64,000 nucleotides of DNA from positions 20,510,754 through 20,574,753 of the forward strand of contig OZ316896.1 in the NCBI GenBank assembly GCA_973895155.1. The letters run 5' to 3'. This document shows, piece after piece, positions 25,422 through 37,290 of this stretch (its first letter is position 1; each line of letters begins with the position of its first letter). The notes below the pieces were generated by a model. That model did no database searches. It worked only from the letters and a program-made list of their open reading frames with translations, and was not told where the DNA came from. Position numbers and translations under genes: made by a program. The DNA is from Marsupella aquatica. Its lineage: Eukaryota; Plantae; Marchantiophyta.

Positions 25422-25850
25422 GACATCAATTCATCCCTTGGCCCTGAGCAGACGCCCCTAGTGGAAGCGCGTGTTTCCAGTGTCCAACTGCCAGAAGGTG
25501 GTACGCCACCTCTGAGAGCACAGAACCTAGGTCAAATGTCTGGCAGCCACCAGGTTGAAGCATGTGTTCATTGCGGCCTAACCCTCCATAAGACCTGATA
25601 AAGAACAAATAACCTAGCTGTGCTCGTGTGTTCTCTTTCCAAGAACAGCAGCACAATCAACCCCTGCCCCTTGGCAACCGCATCCCTTGAGTAAAGAGTA
25701 GCAGAAATGCCAACATCTCTTGGCATGCTCACATGAAAAAAGAAAATATGAGGTATAGATTCAAGCCTGCCACAAGAGTCTATGCCCAAATTTAAATGTC
25801 AAAAAGCCATGTAAGGAGGCACTAGGGAATTCTCCAATGGCAAAATTTGG
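25422..25850 (-). mobile_element. Degenerate LINE (L1-like) 3' fragment with zf-RVT region, interrupted by the copia; probably continues at ~19230-19385
   Basis: With one frameshift the minus strand reads SCGRLESIPHIFF/SCEHAKRCWHF followed by LYQVLWRVR, like the LINE ETxxHLFFxCxxAxxxW...LWxIWxxRN C-terminal motif. Confidence 0.55.
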
Positions 25851-26837
25851 CCCTCAAGTATTTGTAGGGACGAGTGCAGCTTGTTGTCATTGGACATTAC
25901 TTTTAGTTAGCACATTACTGAAGATTAACACTCACCAATAAACGAAGGTGCCTTTAGGAGAAATCATTGGCGCACTGGAGGGCTTTGTGTACACATTAAT
26001 TCCCTGATTGGATCCTGTCCTCCTCCTACAACACTACAATTGGTGACCTTTCTGCCTTGTGTAAAGTTCATATTAACCCATGGTCAACTTTCAAAGGTGC
26101 TTGATATTACTGACAGATGAGTTGTGTGCATACAATCATTACCAAACATTCATCTCTTGTCACACATATCTAATCATGGGCACAATCTAACATCATAAAC
26201 ATACGAGATGAAATATAAGTGAAACTCATGTCCACAAATGCTCAAAAACCCATCCCCAACAGTTTCAGAATCAAATAGCAATCAGTACCAAGGATGCACA
26301 CACAATCCAGTCCTATATAATCATACACATATGTCCACCCAAATGCATCCTGAGTTTCAAGGAATCTGTATTCCATTCACACACACCCTGGCCAGCCACA
26401 CCATAGTCACCAGAGCTTGTGCTTGGAAACTCAACATTGAAAGATTGTCTTTCAAGCCACGGACCACAAAGGGATAACTATCTCTCACACACAAAATCCT
26501 AACTACTCAAAGAGCACACATACAAAACTCTTAAACCAAGATGGCATGATGTACTAGCCTACGACTTAGAATGGTGTGACAACCCTCACAAACAAATCAC
26601 TTAAATAATTATTGATAGAAATTCAAAAATCTCTTAAAACCAACAAATAGAAATAATCCATCTACACATTATACCCGATCCCTCCCATTCTGACAGACAT
26701 CTGTTTAATAATAGCCATATGTGCACCGTTTGCTGAAAAACTATTTTTTCGTCACCTGTCAATTGGCCAAAAACAACTCACCGACAATGCCTCACCCTCA
26801 CCCTCACCCCATGTGCCTCACCTTCCCATCTGTGTCT

Positions 26838-27262
26838 CACCCTCAACCCACAGGCATTGGGCTAGTTACTAATATAACATGATTTGCACCCTCAATCCAC
26901 CTTACCCCCTGCACTGGACTAGTTACTAATTACTAATATAACATCATGTGCACCCTGGACCCACCCTCAACCCCCTGGCATTGGTCTACCGTAGTTACTC
27001 ATATAACATTATGTGCACTCTCAACCGACCGATCCCCCCTGACATTGGGCTAGTTACTAATATTACGTTATGTGCACCCTCAACCCCCTAGCATTGGGCT
27101 AGCTACTAATATAACATTATGTGCACTCTCAACCCATTGGCGTTGGGCTACTTTTGTTACTAATATAATATTATGTGCAACCTCAACTCACTGGCATTGG
27201 GCTACTGTAGTTACTAATATAACATTATGTGCAACCTCAACCCCCTGTCATTGGGCTACTTA
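26838..27262 (+). repeat. Minisatellite, ~50-65-bp units, ~7-8 copies
   Basis: Recurrent core GCATTGGGCTA(CTGTA)GTTACTAATATAACATTATGTGCA(C/A)CCTCAACCC. Confidence 0.88.
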
Positions 27263-27887
27263 GTATATGACAATACGTGCATGTTAGGTGGCCTTTTTGT
27301 ACAAGGGGAAGTTAATTTATTCCCCACACAATTATCATGCTCCAACAGAGTTCTGCCATACAAGTAGTGATGCAGTGCAGTGCATCCTCAGGATGGAGCA
27401 GAAGCTTTGAGAGGAGGGCATGATTACATCGAGAAAGAAAAAACGAGAGGGGAGGCAACGAAATGGAGTGAATGGAAATTGTCTTGATTGCTCATGGAGA
27501 CAATGCATCCTAGACGAGAAGCTGTGACGTTGATGTCGGTCCGGACGAGGAGGGAATGGTGGTGAGAAAGAAACGAGAAGAAGAGGAGGAGAAGCAACAA
27601 AATGGACTGGCTGGAATGTCTTGATTGCGTATTTAGACGATGATGGCGCAGCAGTAGCAGCAACACGGCGAATGAGCGAGAAAAACTTCCTCGGATGATG
27701 AGTTTGGAGTGCACAGACAGTCCTAACCACCTCCAGGGAGGCGGCTGCAGGTAGAGAGGAGTCGAGGAGAGGAAGGAGCAGCTCCTGCTAGTGCTCCGCT
27801 CTCTTGGAAGATCGAAGACTAGGAAGGAGAGGAGAATAGTGGCGAAGGTAACGGCGATGTCTTCTTTTTCATGCTCTTTCGGTTTCT

Positions 27888-27945
27888 AGTCTTCTTTTCT
27901 CTTCTCTTCTTTTCTCTTCTTTTCTCTTCTTTTCTCTTCTTTTCC
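27888..27945 (+). repeat. Pyrimidine microsatellite (TTTCTCTTCT)n
   Basis: Direct reading. Confidence 0.85.
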
Positions 27946-28757
27946 TATTTGGCACGCTTCTTCTTCTTAGTCTCTCTGTGTCGCCATCACTTGGATTGCT
28001 AACTTTTCTGTGTCTCATTGAAGTCCGAGAAAGGCTCGTTTGAGTGTGGAAGGGAAACTAAGTAGGAAAAGAAGTGCCCCGGAGGTGGGGAACCACTACT
28101 ACTGTGACTGGGTACCGTTGTAATAAGTGTGTGCCTATCTCTCCGTGTGTTGATGGTCCATTTTTATTGGTTTGGTCTTTGCAGAGATAGGGACGACGAA
28201 GACGTCATTATCTACGGGAGGTGCTCATTTTCTTTCTTGAGCTAGTCCCGCCAGGCTGAAGTGAGAAGCGTTGATATAGTGCCAAGAAGATTTAGTGGTT
28301 CTAGAGTCCCTTTCCGGGAGGTTGGAGCTGCTAGGAAGTCGCTCATAGGTGATACACGAACGGAATGCATCTGGCAGGTTGTGCTCTTCCTTCTCCTCCT
28401 ATTGGGATGGCCTGGATTTTGAAAGGAATTAAACTCTCCGATATTGCACGGAACGGAGGAAATTGGAAGACCGTCGCTGAAGCAGCTGCAAAGAGAGAAA
28501 GGTAAGGAATTGTGTGTCTAGGAATTCGAAATTGTTGTGTCCCAGAAAAAACAAGGCTGAGGGAGAGCGGTGACGTCGCATTTTCCTCTCTTTTGCTTGC
28601 GAGACGGAGGGAGAACAAAGAAGGGAGGGAGAGAATACAATGGGCCCGGGAAGGGTGGTATGGAACTGACTCATGGTCTCTTGTTGAGAGAAAGTGAGGG
28701 CTCGAAAGGAGGAGGACAATTCAGGCAAAGAGCAGCATGTGAACGGGAGGAGGGGCC

Positions 28758-31700
28758 ATGGATCGAGACCCGCGAGAGCGAGAACGAGGAGTGGCGCGCA
28801 GCGATGTCGCGTCGCTCTGGATTGATTTCTTGCTGCTTCCAGAGAAGCTGGAGGAACATCTCGCAGCGGGCCATGCGGCAGTCCCCACTCCTCCCGATCT
28901 CATCTCGATGTTCTTGGAGCAAGCGCTCGTCAATCAAAAGTCGGTGCAGGGGAACAATTCTTCAGCGAACGGTGTAAACAAAGATGCGGTGAGTTCTCTG
29001 TCACTCTTGTCGTCCTGCACAGGACTGAATGATACTCTGCGCGAGGGTTTACAGAATCGATTCTGAATTAGGGTTTGAAACGGAAGGACCTGCTTTTGTG
29101 CGTGGTATTTAGATCACCGGTCAATTGACGCCATGTGTCGGGGGAGGAACCGGAGCAATGCAGGGCAGGTAAGTTATCGAGATAATTGGAACGATTTCTC
29201 TTCTGTACGTTATCGAGCTTTCGTGCACGGTCCAGAGGCGACTTAGCTGAACCGCATGAAGAGAATTTGAGTTTGTTAAAGTGAGGAATGGATTGCAGTT
29301 TTTGCCAAGTCGGGTCTTAGTCTATGTTGGCCCTATTCTGGTGATATGCATTTGATTACTGCAGCTCAGCGATTCTTTGTCTACGAACGCGTTACTAAAT
29401 TAGGGTTGGTTTCTAAAACTTGCGGATGGTCCCCTTTCACCAAGTGCGAGACGGTTTATTTAGTCTTTATGACCTGGCAACCTAGGACGTCGCCAAATTA
29501 GGGGTTGTTGGGTGGGTTGTTCAGTCCAAATTCTGGAGCTTATGTTGCTGCTTTAAGCAGAATTTTAATCCAGGGCCGAGATGACCCTCTTTCAACTTGA
29601 TCATCTAGCTGCGGCGAATCTCCTAGATCCCGTCACTCGTACACTAGTGGCTGTTCGAATTCTATTGAAATATGGAAATTGACCACTTCAATCCGATGGT
29701 TGTGTAGGAACCACAAGTGGCCGTGAAGACGACAAGTAAGACTGCATCTCTACTTTGTGAAAGAGCGGCCCGAGTTGCGGTAGTGGTGCATCTCACGCTT
29801 GCAGACATCGAATCATCCATCCCATCTCCGTTGCATCAGTTCGTGCTTCTCAAGGCGTTGATTAGGCATGACAAATGCAGGTCACTGTTGCACCAGTGCA
29901 ATCTCCACCGGTGGTTAATCCATAAAGCTCTGCAATCTCATCCCGTTGGATCTGCTTCTCCGAATTTTGTGCTTCCAGCTAGTCGTCTCGGATCGTGGAT
30001 TGCCGGAGATGATCTTGGCGAAGTCTTCCATGGAGTTGTGAATGGAGGTGGGGATCCGCCTCTGTCTACCATAGGAGACGCGCGATGTGAAGAAGAGCGA
30101 GCGTCTGTGGAGTTTTTAGAAAGGATTTTAGATGAGGACAATGAGGAGGGTTCTACCATTCTCCATACCGATTCGAATTCGCAAAAAATGACTTCAAATG
30201 GAGGATCCGACTCAGAGCCGGCTTTGAGCACAGCTTACAAATGTCAAGTCATTCATGATGTGGCTGAGGTGCATTTCATGAGAGGACGAATAAGAAGGGC
30301 TCATGAGCTCTTCTGTAAATGTGGAGAGATGTTGAATTCTCTGTCTGTTCGCGAGCACTCCGGTGCAGGAGAAAAGAGACTGGGGTCTCCAGAAACCTTG
30401 GTTTCTGACACACCTCAGACAGGTATTTTATTGGAAGTGTCACCAGTGCCCCAGGACAGGCTTGCTGGGTTTCTTGTAGCTTGTAAGATGCTCTTAGGAA
30501 CGTCAGCAGATGCAAACGGCGGGGAGACAACTCGCTCAGTGAAATGTGCGGCTAACGGGGAGCCTTGCTATGTGGGGGTACCTTCGTCTACACAGTGGGC
30601 AGTCATTTCTTGCGAACAGAGTCGCTGGGCGGCCAGGAAGTATGGTAGTAAGGCCACTTCTCAAAGTGCTCTTGCCAATGGTGACTCGGGTTACAGCGAT
30701 TTCTCTTCAGGGAAGGACATGGTCGAAGCATCAGTGAGTGGTAGAACAAGTACAGATATGGTGGGTCGTACACTTGAGGATAGTAGTGTGCATCCCGTTT
30801 CGGGTAGAAGTAAGAAACGTACACATCTAGAAAATGCGAATGGGGATGTGATTCAAAGTCAAGGTCAACTTCTAAACGAAGAAAATCTCTCTGGTGATAG
30901 TATTAAACGAGTTAAAGAATCAGGGCACAGGGAGATAACTGTAGATAAAATGGATGTTGATGAGCATCATCTTTCAAATGGAGGTGAAGGAAGACCTCAT
31001 GAAAGGAAAGAGGAGGTGAGCTTGGACCGGCAGCCTGCAATCGCTTCAGTATCTAATGGTAGTGACAAGCTGTTCCAAATGGACGTAGACATCGTGAAGA
31101 ATGAACTTACTACAACCTTTAATGGTGGTGGGTATGGCCCTGAGGTTGATCTTTTTGTGGATCTGAAAGGCGACCCAGGGGATGATATGTTCACTAAGTT
31201 GATTAGTGATATGAAATATTCATCAACTACCGTACCAGAGAAGAGGTTGATTCAAGCATTTGTGGAAGATATTTTGAGGGGACATCTGTCATCTGCTTAT
31301 TGTCTCGCTGTTGAGAAAGATCCGCTGTTGTCTAAACCTGTTCGCTCCAGGCTGGGTGCGTGCAATGTAGTAAGGTCTGTTTTGGAGGGAGCCCCAGTTG
31401 AGTCGTTCTTAAGAACTAGAGTCTACTTTGAAAGCTGTGAAGATTCAGTGGAGTTCTTGATGCAACTATTACTTGCTATTAAAGCTATGCAAGAAGGCAA
31501 AAGACTTTCACTGGGACGAACACCTCGTGGGATCGACTCCAGACAAAATGCTCGGCTTGTCAAACTAGGTTTCTTAACACAAAGATTGGCAGGAGCAGGG
31601 GCAAAGGAGAACGATGTTTCTCCAGTCATACGCCGGGTGCATGATCTTGCTATGTATGCTTGCTGCGTCATTGATAAACCTTGGTGCTGGGGCTATGCTA

Positions 31701-34686
31701 TCAAACTCGGGCTTGTGGGTGAAGCTGGCCTTCCTAGATTTTCAGGTCAATTGCCCCAGCATAGTCTTAAAGACGTCGAAGGTTCTGGTATTTTTCTGAA
31801 AGCAGAGCCTCAACCCGACTTACAAGCTTCGCTTGTTCCAAGACTAGATGACACGGAGCTCATTTCTGAGCGTGGTATTCTTCTTAGTTTTGTGCAAGTG
31901 GAGAGCATCCATGAAATTGAAGCCCTGGTAAGGAAGGTCAAAAGTATGACCGAGAAGGCCAGGACCAAGAAGGCGGCATCGGTCAATGAGGGTTTGCACA
32001 GACTCGGTGAAGTTAAAATCACTTGTGAGCATTTTCAGTCTCCAGTCCAGTCCGACTTGGTGACTCATACTGGTAGTCATTCCCCGATTCCATCAAGCTC
32101 CTTGTTGGCATCAAGTAACAGTCAGACCTGCACGAAATGTCAATCTACGAGCACTGCATGGGACGGAGATCAGTGTTCCTCACTGGAAGCTGATGTTTCA
32201 GCCATTCTGCGCCGCCGGGGTTTCAGTGCTCTAGAAAACTTGAAGGATCCCCTCGTTGCAAAGCGCCTATATGAACTGGCCCTAACTTTCCAACCAAGGG
32301 ACTACGACAGTGCAATGATGTTGTGGCTATTGGAGAGGTGTGCAGAATCTGATGGACTCCTTTCCCAAGGGACTAGAGATTTGCCAAAACCGTGTGAAGG
32401 GGACATATTACCGAGTGCGGGACTTCTGGACTTCGTTATCCTCCAACTGATTGAGAAAGAGTTGTGGGGTATTCTGTGCGAGTTGTGCAAATGGGCGGTA
32501 TCATTAACTATAAAGGAACCCGTAGTGAGGGATGGGGAGCAAGGCAAGAACGCTGAAAAAGAGGCAATCATGAGTCCTCCTAAAGGTGGTACTGTGGAGA
32601 GTGCGGCCATGAAAAATAACACTAGCTGGCAGTTAAGGCAAAAGCGGCTTCTGCAGACCTTGAACATTGCAAGAACCGTCGTGGATCTGATACCCCTTTC
32701 TGTTTCACTTCAGACGGCAGTTTCAAGAAATCTTTTCAATGAGGATGTGGCCCGTCTAGGATCGACATTGTCACAACTTTTTGAAGACTTCCTATGTTTC
32801 CTTGTAGGAATAGAATCTGAAGGACACATGCGAGGAAGTGATGATGCATCAGGTCAGTGGAGAAGCACCACCCAGGTCGGGTTGGGGGCTCCACATCATC
32901 CAGGTTCAGCATGGGTTTCTCTCATTTCAAAAGTCACAAATCCTCGGGTGTTGATGGCTCTTGCAAGCTTGACAGCTGGTTGGCTTCAGCGCTGTCATGT
33001 GGTGGCGTTGACTCATTGGCCTCTAGCTGTGGAGCGGTACGGTGTACTAGCGGGAGTCACAGCAGGAGCATCTCTTCCCCCCCCAGTTGGTTCGTTAGCT
33101 TATCCTGCTGCAGTATTGCGACCAGTGCCCCCAAGAGTATCACCAGACTTTGGGAGGGATCTCTTCTGTGTCCTATTAGAAGGGATAGTTGGCTTACCTG
33201 GTGTGGTCGAAGGAGACAGGGAAAAGGGTCATCGATGGCTTCAGGGACTCGCTGATTTGGCTTTCGAAGATGAAGCGTACGTCAAAGCTCTACGGCTGTA
33301 TTTGCAGGTACGAATCTCTAATACACCCATGGTTAGCCATCAAGGCAACCTTGATATTATATTAGGTTGTTATATTAGGGTTCTCTCTGCGGTCTTAACA
33401 TGATTGCCCTTCAGTTCTTAGTGAATGTTTACATTGGCTTCTTCGTCTCATAGATTGAGCTGACTCGAGCAAAGCCAGAGGACTCAAAACCTTCCGAGAT
33501 TTTCTCTTTGTATTTTCTGTAGGCTAAGTGCTACAGTATTTGCACTTTGAGTGATCATAGTTACAATATTTTAGAATAATTGGATTCTTTTGGGAGGCTT
33601 GGCCAGCAGTAGTTCATTGGTTTGTTTGGATGACCCGCAGGCTGGTGCTATCAGGAGTGCCCAGTATTGTGACCGTGCTTCTTCAATGAATCGGGACATC
33701 TTTACTCCATGGGTGGTATGTGCCTTCAGATTATCATGAAAGAATTTTGGTCTAGATTAACACGGTTATTCTGCGTGCCGAAGATACCGTAGTCAGGATC
33801 CATTTGACTGATTGAATATCTGATTGGAACATATCTAACAAGTTTGAGAAATCATTATCGAACCGCGGTTGTTTCTTGTTCTTTCTGCAAGTCCTGATTT
33901 ATGAATGTTTACAGCGTGTCAGACCAAGGTCGTAAACGCCTGAGAAATTCCTCAATGAATGTCGATAGTTTGAAACACGGTGAAAATAACTTATCATTGG
34001 CGCTGGTGCCTGAGTCGGATCCTGATCACGGTAGTAATCCACCCCTTTTGACATGGAGCTGGTGTTGTGGTTGAATATCCACAGATACAAAGAATGGTGG
34101 CAGCATGTCGATCGATTGGAGCTGGTATCCAGGCTGCCGTCCTTTGCCAGTGCTTGCCTGTACCCGACCATGAATTAGCCTTCAGAATTCTGCAGGAGAA
34201 CATGCTCATTATGGATCGAGATGCAGCTGCTTATTTCGAGTGTATCTGGGAGGTAATTATCATGATCGATGGGGGCTAGACCAGCCAAGCTTCTTGCTTC
34301 ATCTTTGGACAGCACATGTTGGTGCACTGATCCTGTACAATACATTGTTTATACTATCTTTACTTGACCTATCTCTGTCTCATATCGAGTAATAAGATCT
34401 GAATCTAGTGGTAGTGTACGTGAGCGATGCTTTTGGGCGAGTTATCTGAAGTTTGACCCCAGATTATTTCACTTTCTCTAAAAATCTATGCATTTGCCAG
34501 GTACCTATTTTAGAGCTTCTTGTACACTTGCATTCAAGAGCTGGGGACGAAGAAAGAGTGGCCAAATTGATAGCTCTGCTTCAGCAGCCGGCCCTGAATG
34601 TGCACAATCCATCAGCAATTCGTCAGGCACATATCAGCACCATGGAACAGCGTTTCCTTCAGAGGTTGGCTGCAGAACTTCTCTGA
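28758..34686 (+). CDS. INTS8: Integrator complex subunit 8-like protein. Exons 28758-28988, 29708-33307, 33641-33715, 34085-34252, 34501-34686
   Basis: N-terminal LWIDFLLLPEKLEEHL..PTPPDLISMFLEQA matches animal INTS8 CWFEFLLEESLLEKHL..PAPVQLIVQFLEQA. C-terminal QAAVLCQCL..DHELAFRILQE..YFECIWEVPILELLVHLHSRAGDEER..QPALNVHNP..RFLQRLA matches the INTS8 C-terminus. All introns are phase-0 GT-AG. Confidence 0.82.
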
Positions 34687-36127
34687 GAAGAGTGATTATG
34701 GTGGCAACTCTACCTGCAGCGCATTTAGTGGCACTTCGTTGCCAATCGTCGTGTCTGGTGAGTGTTCCGAAAGTCGCTCTGTTGGGTCACAACGAATCCA
34801 GTCAATTGTGTACAGAGCCTACGAATGTTATTGCTTCTTAAGACTGACATCTGGTATCACCCATTGTGTTCCAGGTTAACCGAGCAATGTTACGCTGACT
34901 CTATAACAAGCTCAGAGCAGCTGTCATCTTGGGGCCTCCGTACTTGCTGCCAATGTATTACTCTACAAGCCACCCCTACACACCCACACGCACTAAACAC
35001 CCCTCAAATTAGAAGTAGAACGAGTTCAGTAAATCTGTACTAGTCTGGATAAGACGTCAAGAAAGGGAGAAGCTAAGTCGAGTCTTCGTGACGAGCTCAT
35101 GCTATTCCTTGCGAGTCCGTTCTTATTTGCTCTCATTTTGGTTCCAATGAGATTGATTTAATGATCATACTGCTTTGCTATTCTGCTTGACCGAACTAAT
35201 TCGAGAAAAAAATGCAGGTTAGTCCCCATTCGGAAAGAAAACAGCTTTGACACGAAATGGAGATTCTGTCTCCTAACACGAGCAGACAAGATCGGATGGC
35301 CAGGAAATGTCCAGAGGGATCAACATTCTCATGGTTGTCGCAAGTGGCATCACAGCTCAAAGGCGGAGCATCTTCTCCGATTTAGAATAAGTTGGCTTTG
35401 ACTAACTTTCTGGTGCTTTGGTGGAGCTCATAGTTAGAACTCACAGAACAGCAATGTTATGGAAATGAGCAGGACCGACCCGATGGGATACGAACAACAA
35501 TTTCTCCGATACTACAGTTCGTTCCCTCGGGGAAGGACTCCAAGAGCCTATTTCAGTCTCGTCCTTTCCTTACCTTTAACCTTTTCAGTGATGCACCAAC
35601 AATGGTGCGTATGCCGGCACTATTTTGATCACGGTTTAGATTCCTTTGCTGGTTTCCAGCTACAGGGCTTGAGTTTCACCATTGAAGTTCATGAAAAAAT
35701 AAAAATCTATATTACTCCCTTAGGCTGTATCGACTGAATACTTGGAAACTTTTCTGTTGTCCAGTTCTTCTCAATGCGTCGTCTAACGTTCAAGTGTTTG
35801 ATTGTATTGAATTATTGCATGGTAGCTGCTTGCAACAAACTGAAATGCGGTAGCCGCGCCAAAGAAGTGGAGTCCCTGGAAATTGCCACGTCCTCTATGA
35901 CTGATGCGGACAATCTCAAATAGGATGAATTAAGATAACTGCGAATAATTTATAGTTGAACGGTCAATTAACTATTGGCGGTGTGTTGTTGAACAATGGT
36001 CAATTGGCTCTACCGCATTCTTCCTTCCCCAATTCCATAACAATCCTGGGAGCCCACCGATTTCTCCTCACATTCCTCTCTGAACGCTGACCAATTGATT
36101 GAATGAGTGTGGAATACTGACTATTCA

Positions 36128-36270
36128 ATTCAGTTGGTCTAGTCAGGGTTTAGGGTTTAGCAAGAAGGAACCCAAGGAGCTAATTGGTCTAGGTAGGGTT
36201 TAGCAAGAAGGGGCCCATGGAGCTAATTGGTCTAGTTAGGGTTTAGCAAGAAGGGACCCGGGGAGCATTC
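36128..36270 (+). repeat. Three ~43-bp tandem units containing telomere-like TAGGGTTT
   Basis: TTGGTCTAG.TAGGGTTTAGCAAGAAGG..CCC..GGAGC repeats three times. Confidence 0.8.
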
Positions 36271-36359
36271 GATTTGGCAGAGCCTGATTTTGGAGGGGAG
36301 TGGTCCCCCTAAACCCAAACCCCTTGGATTGCAAAATGAACAAACTACATGCAACCCCA

Positions 36360-36582
36360 TCTACAACTATAATAAGGGATCCTTCCATTTTTCGTTCTTC
36401 GTCCCCATACAAAGAGCTTCTGGGCGGAAAGATCCATAGCTGTTGGATTTGATTAGTTGTTTCTGTTCACCATTGATGAGAAAAATATACACTCTTATCA
36501 CGTATTTGTTTCTCACTGCCCGGTAATACCCCTGGCCAATCCCTATGGGCCTGCCCTCTTTGCACAGTGCAAATAGGGCTAG
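36360..36582 (+). mobile_element. Non-autonomous mini-Helitron, copy 2, with canonical ends
   Basis: A|TCTACAACTATAATAAGG...hairpin GCCCTCTTTGCAC-A-GTGCAAATAGGGC overlapping the terminal CTAG|T. Inserted between A and T with no TSD. Confidence 0.85.
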
Positions 36583-36904
36583 TAAGGTCATAAGAACCCT
36601 GCAATATCTGAACCCTTCGAGACTCCCTTCCTGTTCTGCAAATTTTGCTATACAACAGTGGAAAGCGCTCACATTTCCAGCTCGACCTTGTTCTGGGCCT
36701 CATGCTCTTCTTTGTCCAATGACGCTACTGAGGAGACCGAGAACTCAATCATACCAAACCACGATCCACACTTCTGTCTAGTCACAGTAGTTATTCTGAA
36801 TCACTCACACAGTTCAATTGCATTGAAAGGAATGCGCAAGGACGCTTGGTGATGCAGTTGTGTTTCAGAGTCACTAATTGAAGCATTCAGTATTCTGTCC
36901 AGCT

Positions 36905-37290
36905 GTACAAGCCTTGCCCAAAAACTGCAAAGTAGCCAGTATCTCCTCTTTTCAATGTAAATCTAACTCCAACGTCCAACCTACTGTATTGGGACATTTT
37001 ACGTATTCCTCCCTACACCTCACCGAGACAGATCTTCACACTGGTAAGTTCACATCTGGCATAAAAGTTTGCCCCTGAACATTGCCTGTGTTTGAAGACC
37101 CTTAAATGAACCATGCCAAAATGACGGCTCAAACGCAGAATTCCAAAGTGACATTACAACTTAGGTCCCAGTCGTATGTACATTCAAGCTCATAATCTAA
37201 CTGAGCTCAAGGTATCTTGTCAGCTGGCTTCGAGAGGTAGCTGTAGCTTATAAATGAAGGATCCTGCAGTCCACGACATTGCATTAAATA
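36905..37290 (+). repeat. Dispersed ~400-bp repeat; second copy at ~50135-50460
   Basis: Shared blocks CTTGCC.AAAAACTGC, GAGACAGATCTTCACA, GACCCTTAAATGAACCATGCCA...ATGACGGCTCAAACGCAGA.TTCCAAAGTGACAT and GAGCTCAAGGTATCTT..TCAGCTGGCTT. Confidence 0.8.

Noticed and set aside
26838-27262. Repeat array with variable linkers
   Set aside because: The linkers are variants of the same C-rich motif rather than unique spacers; ordinary minisatellite.
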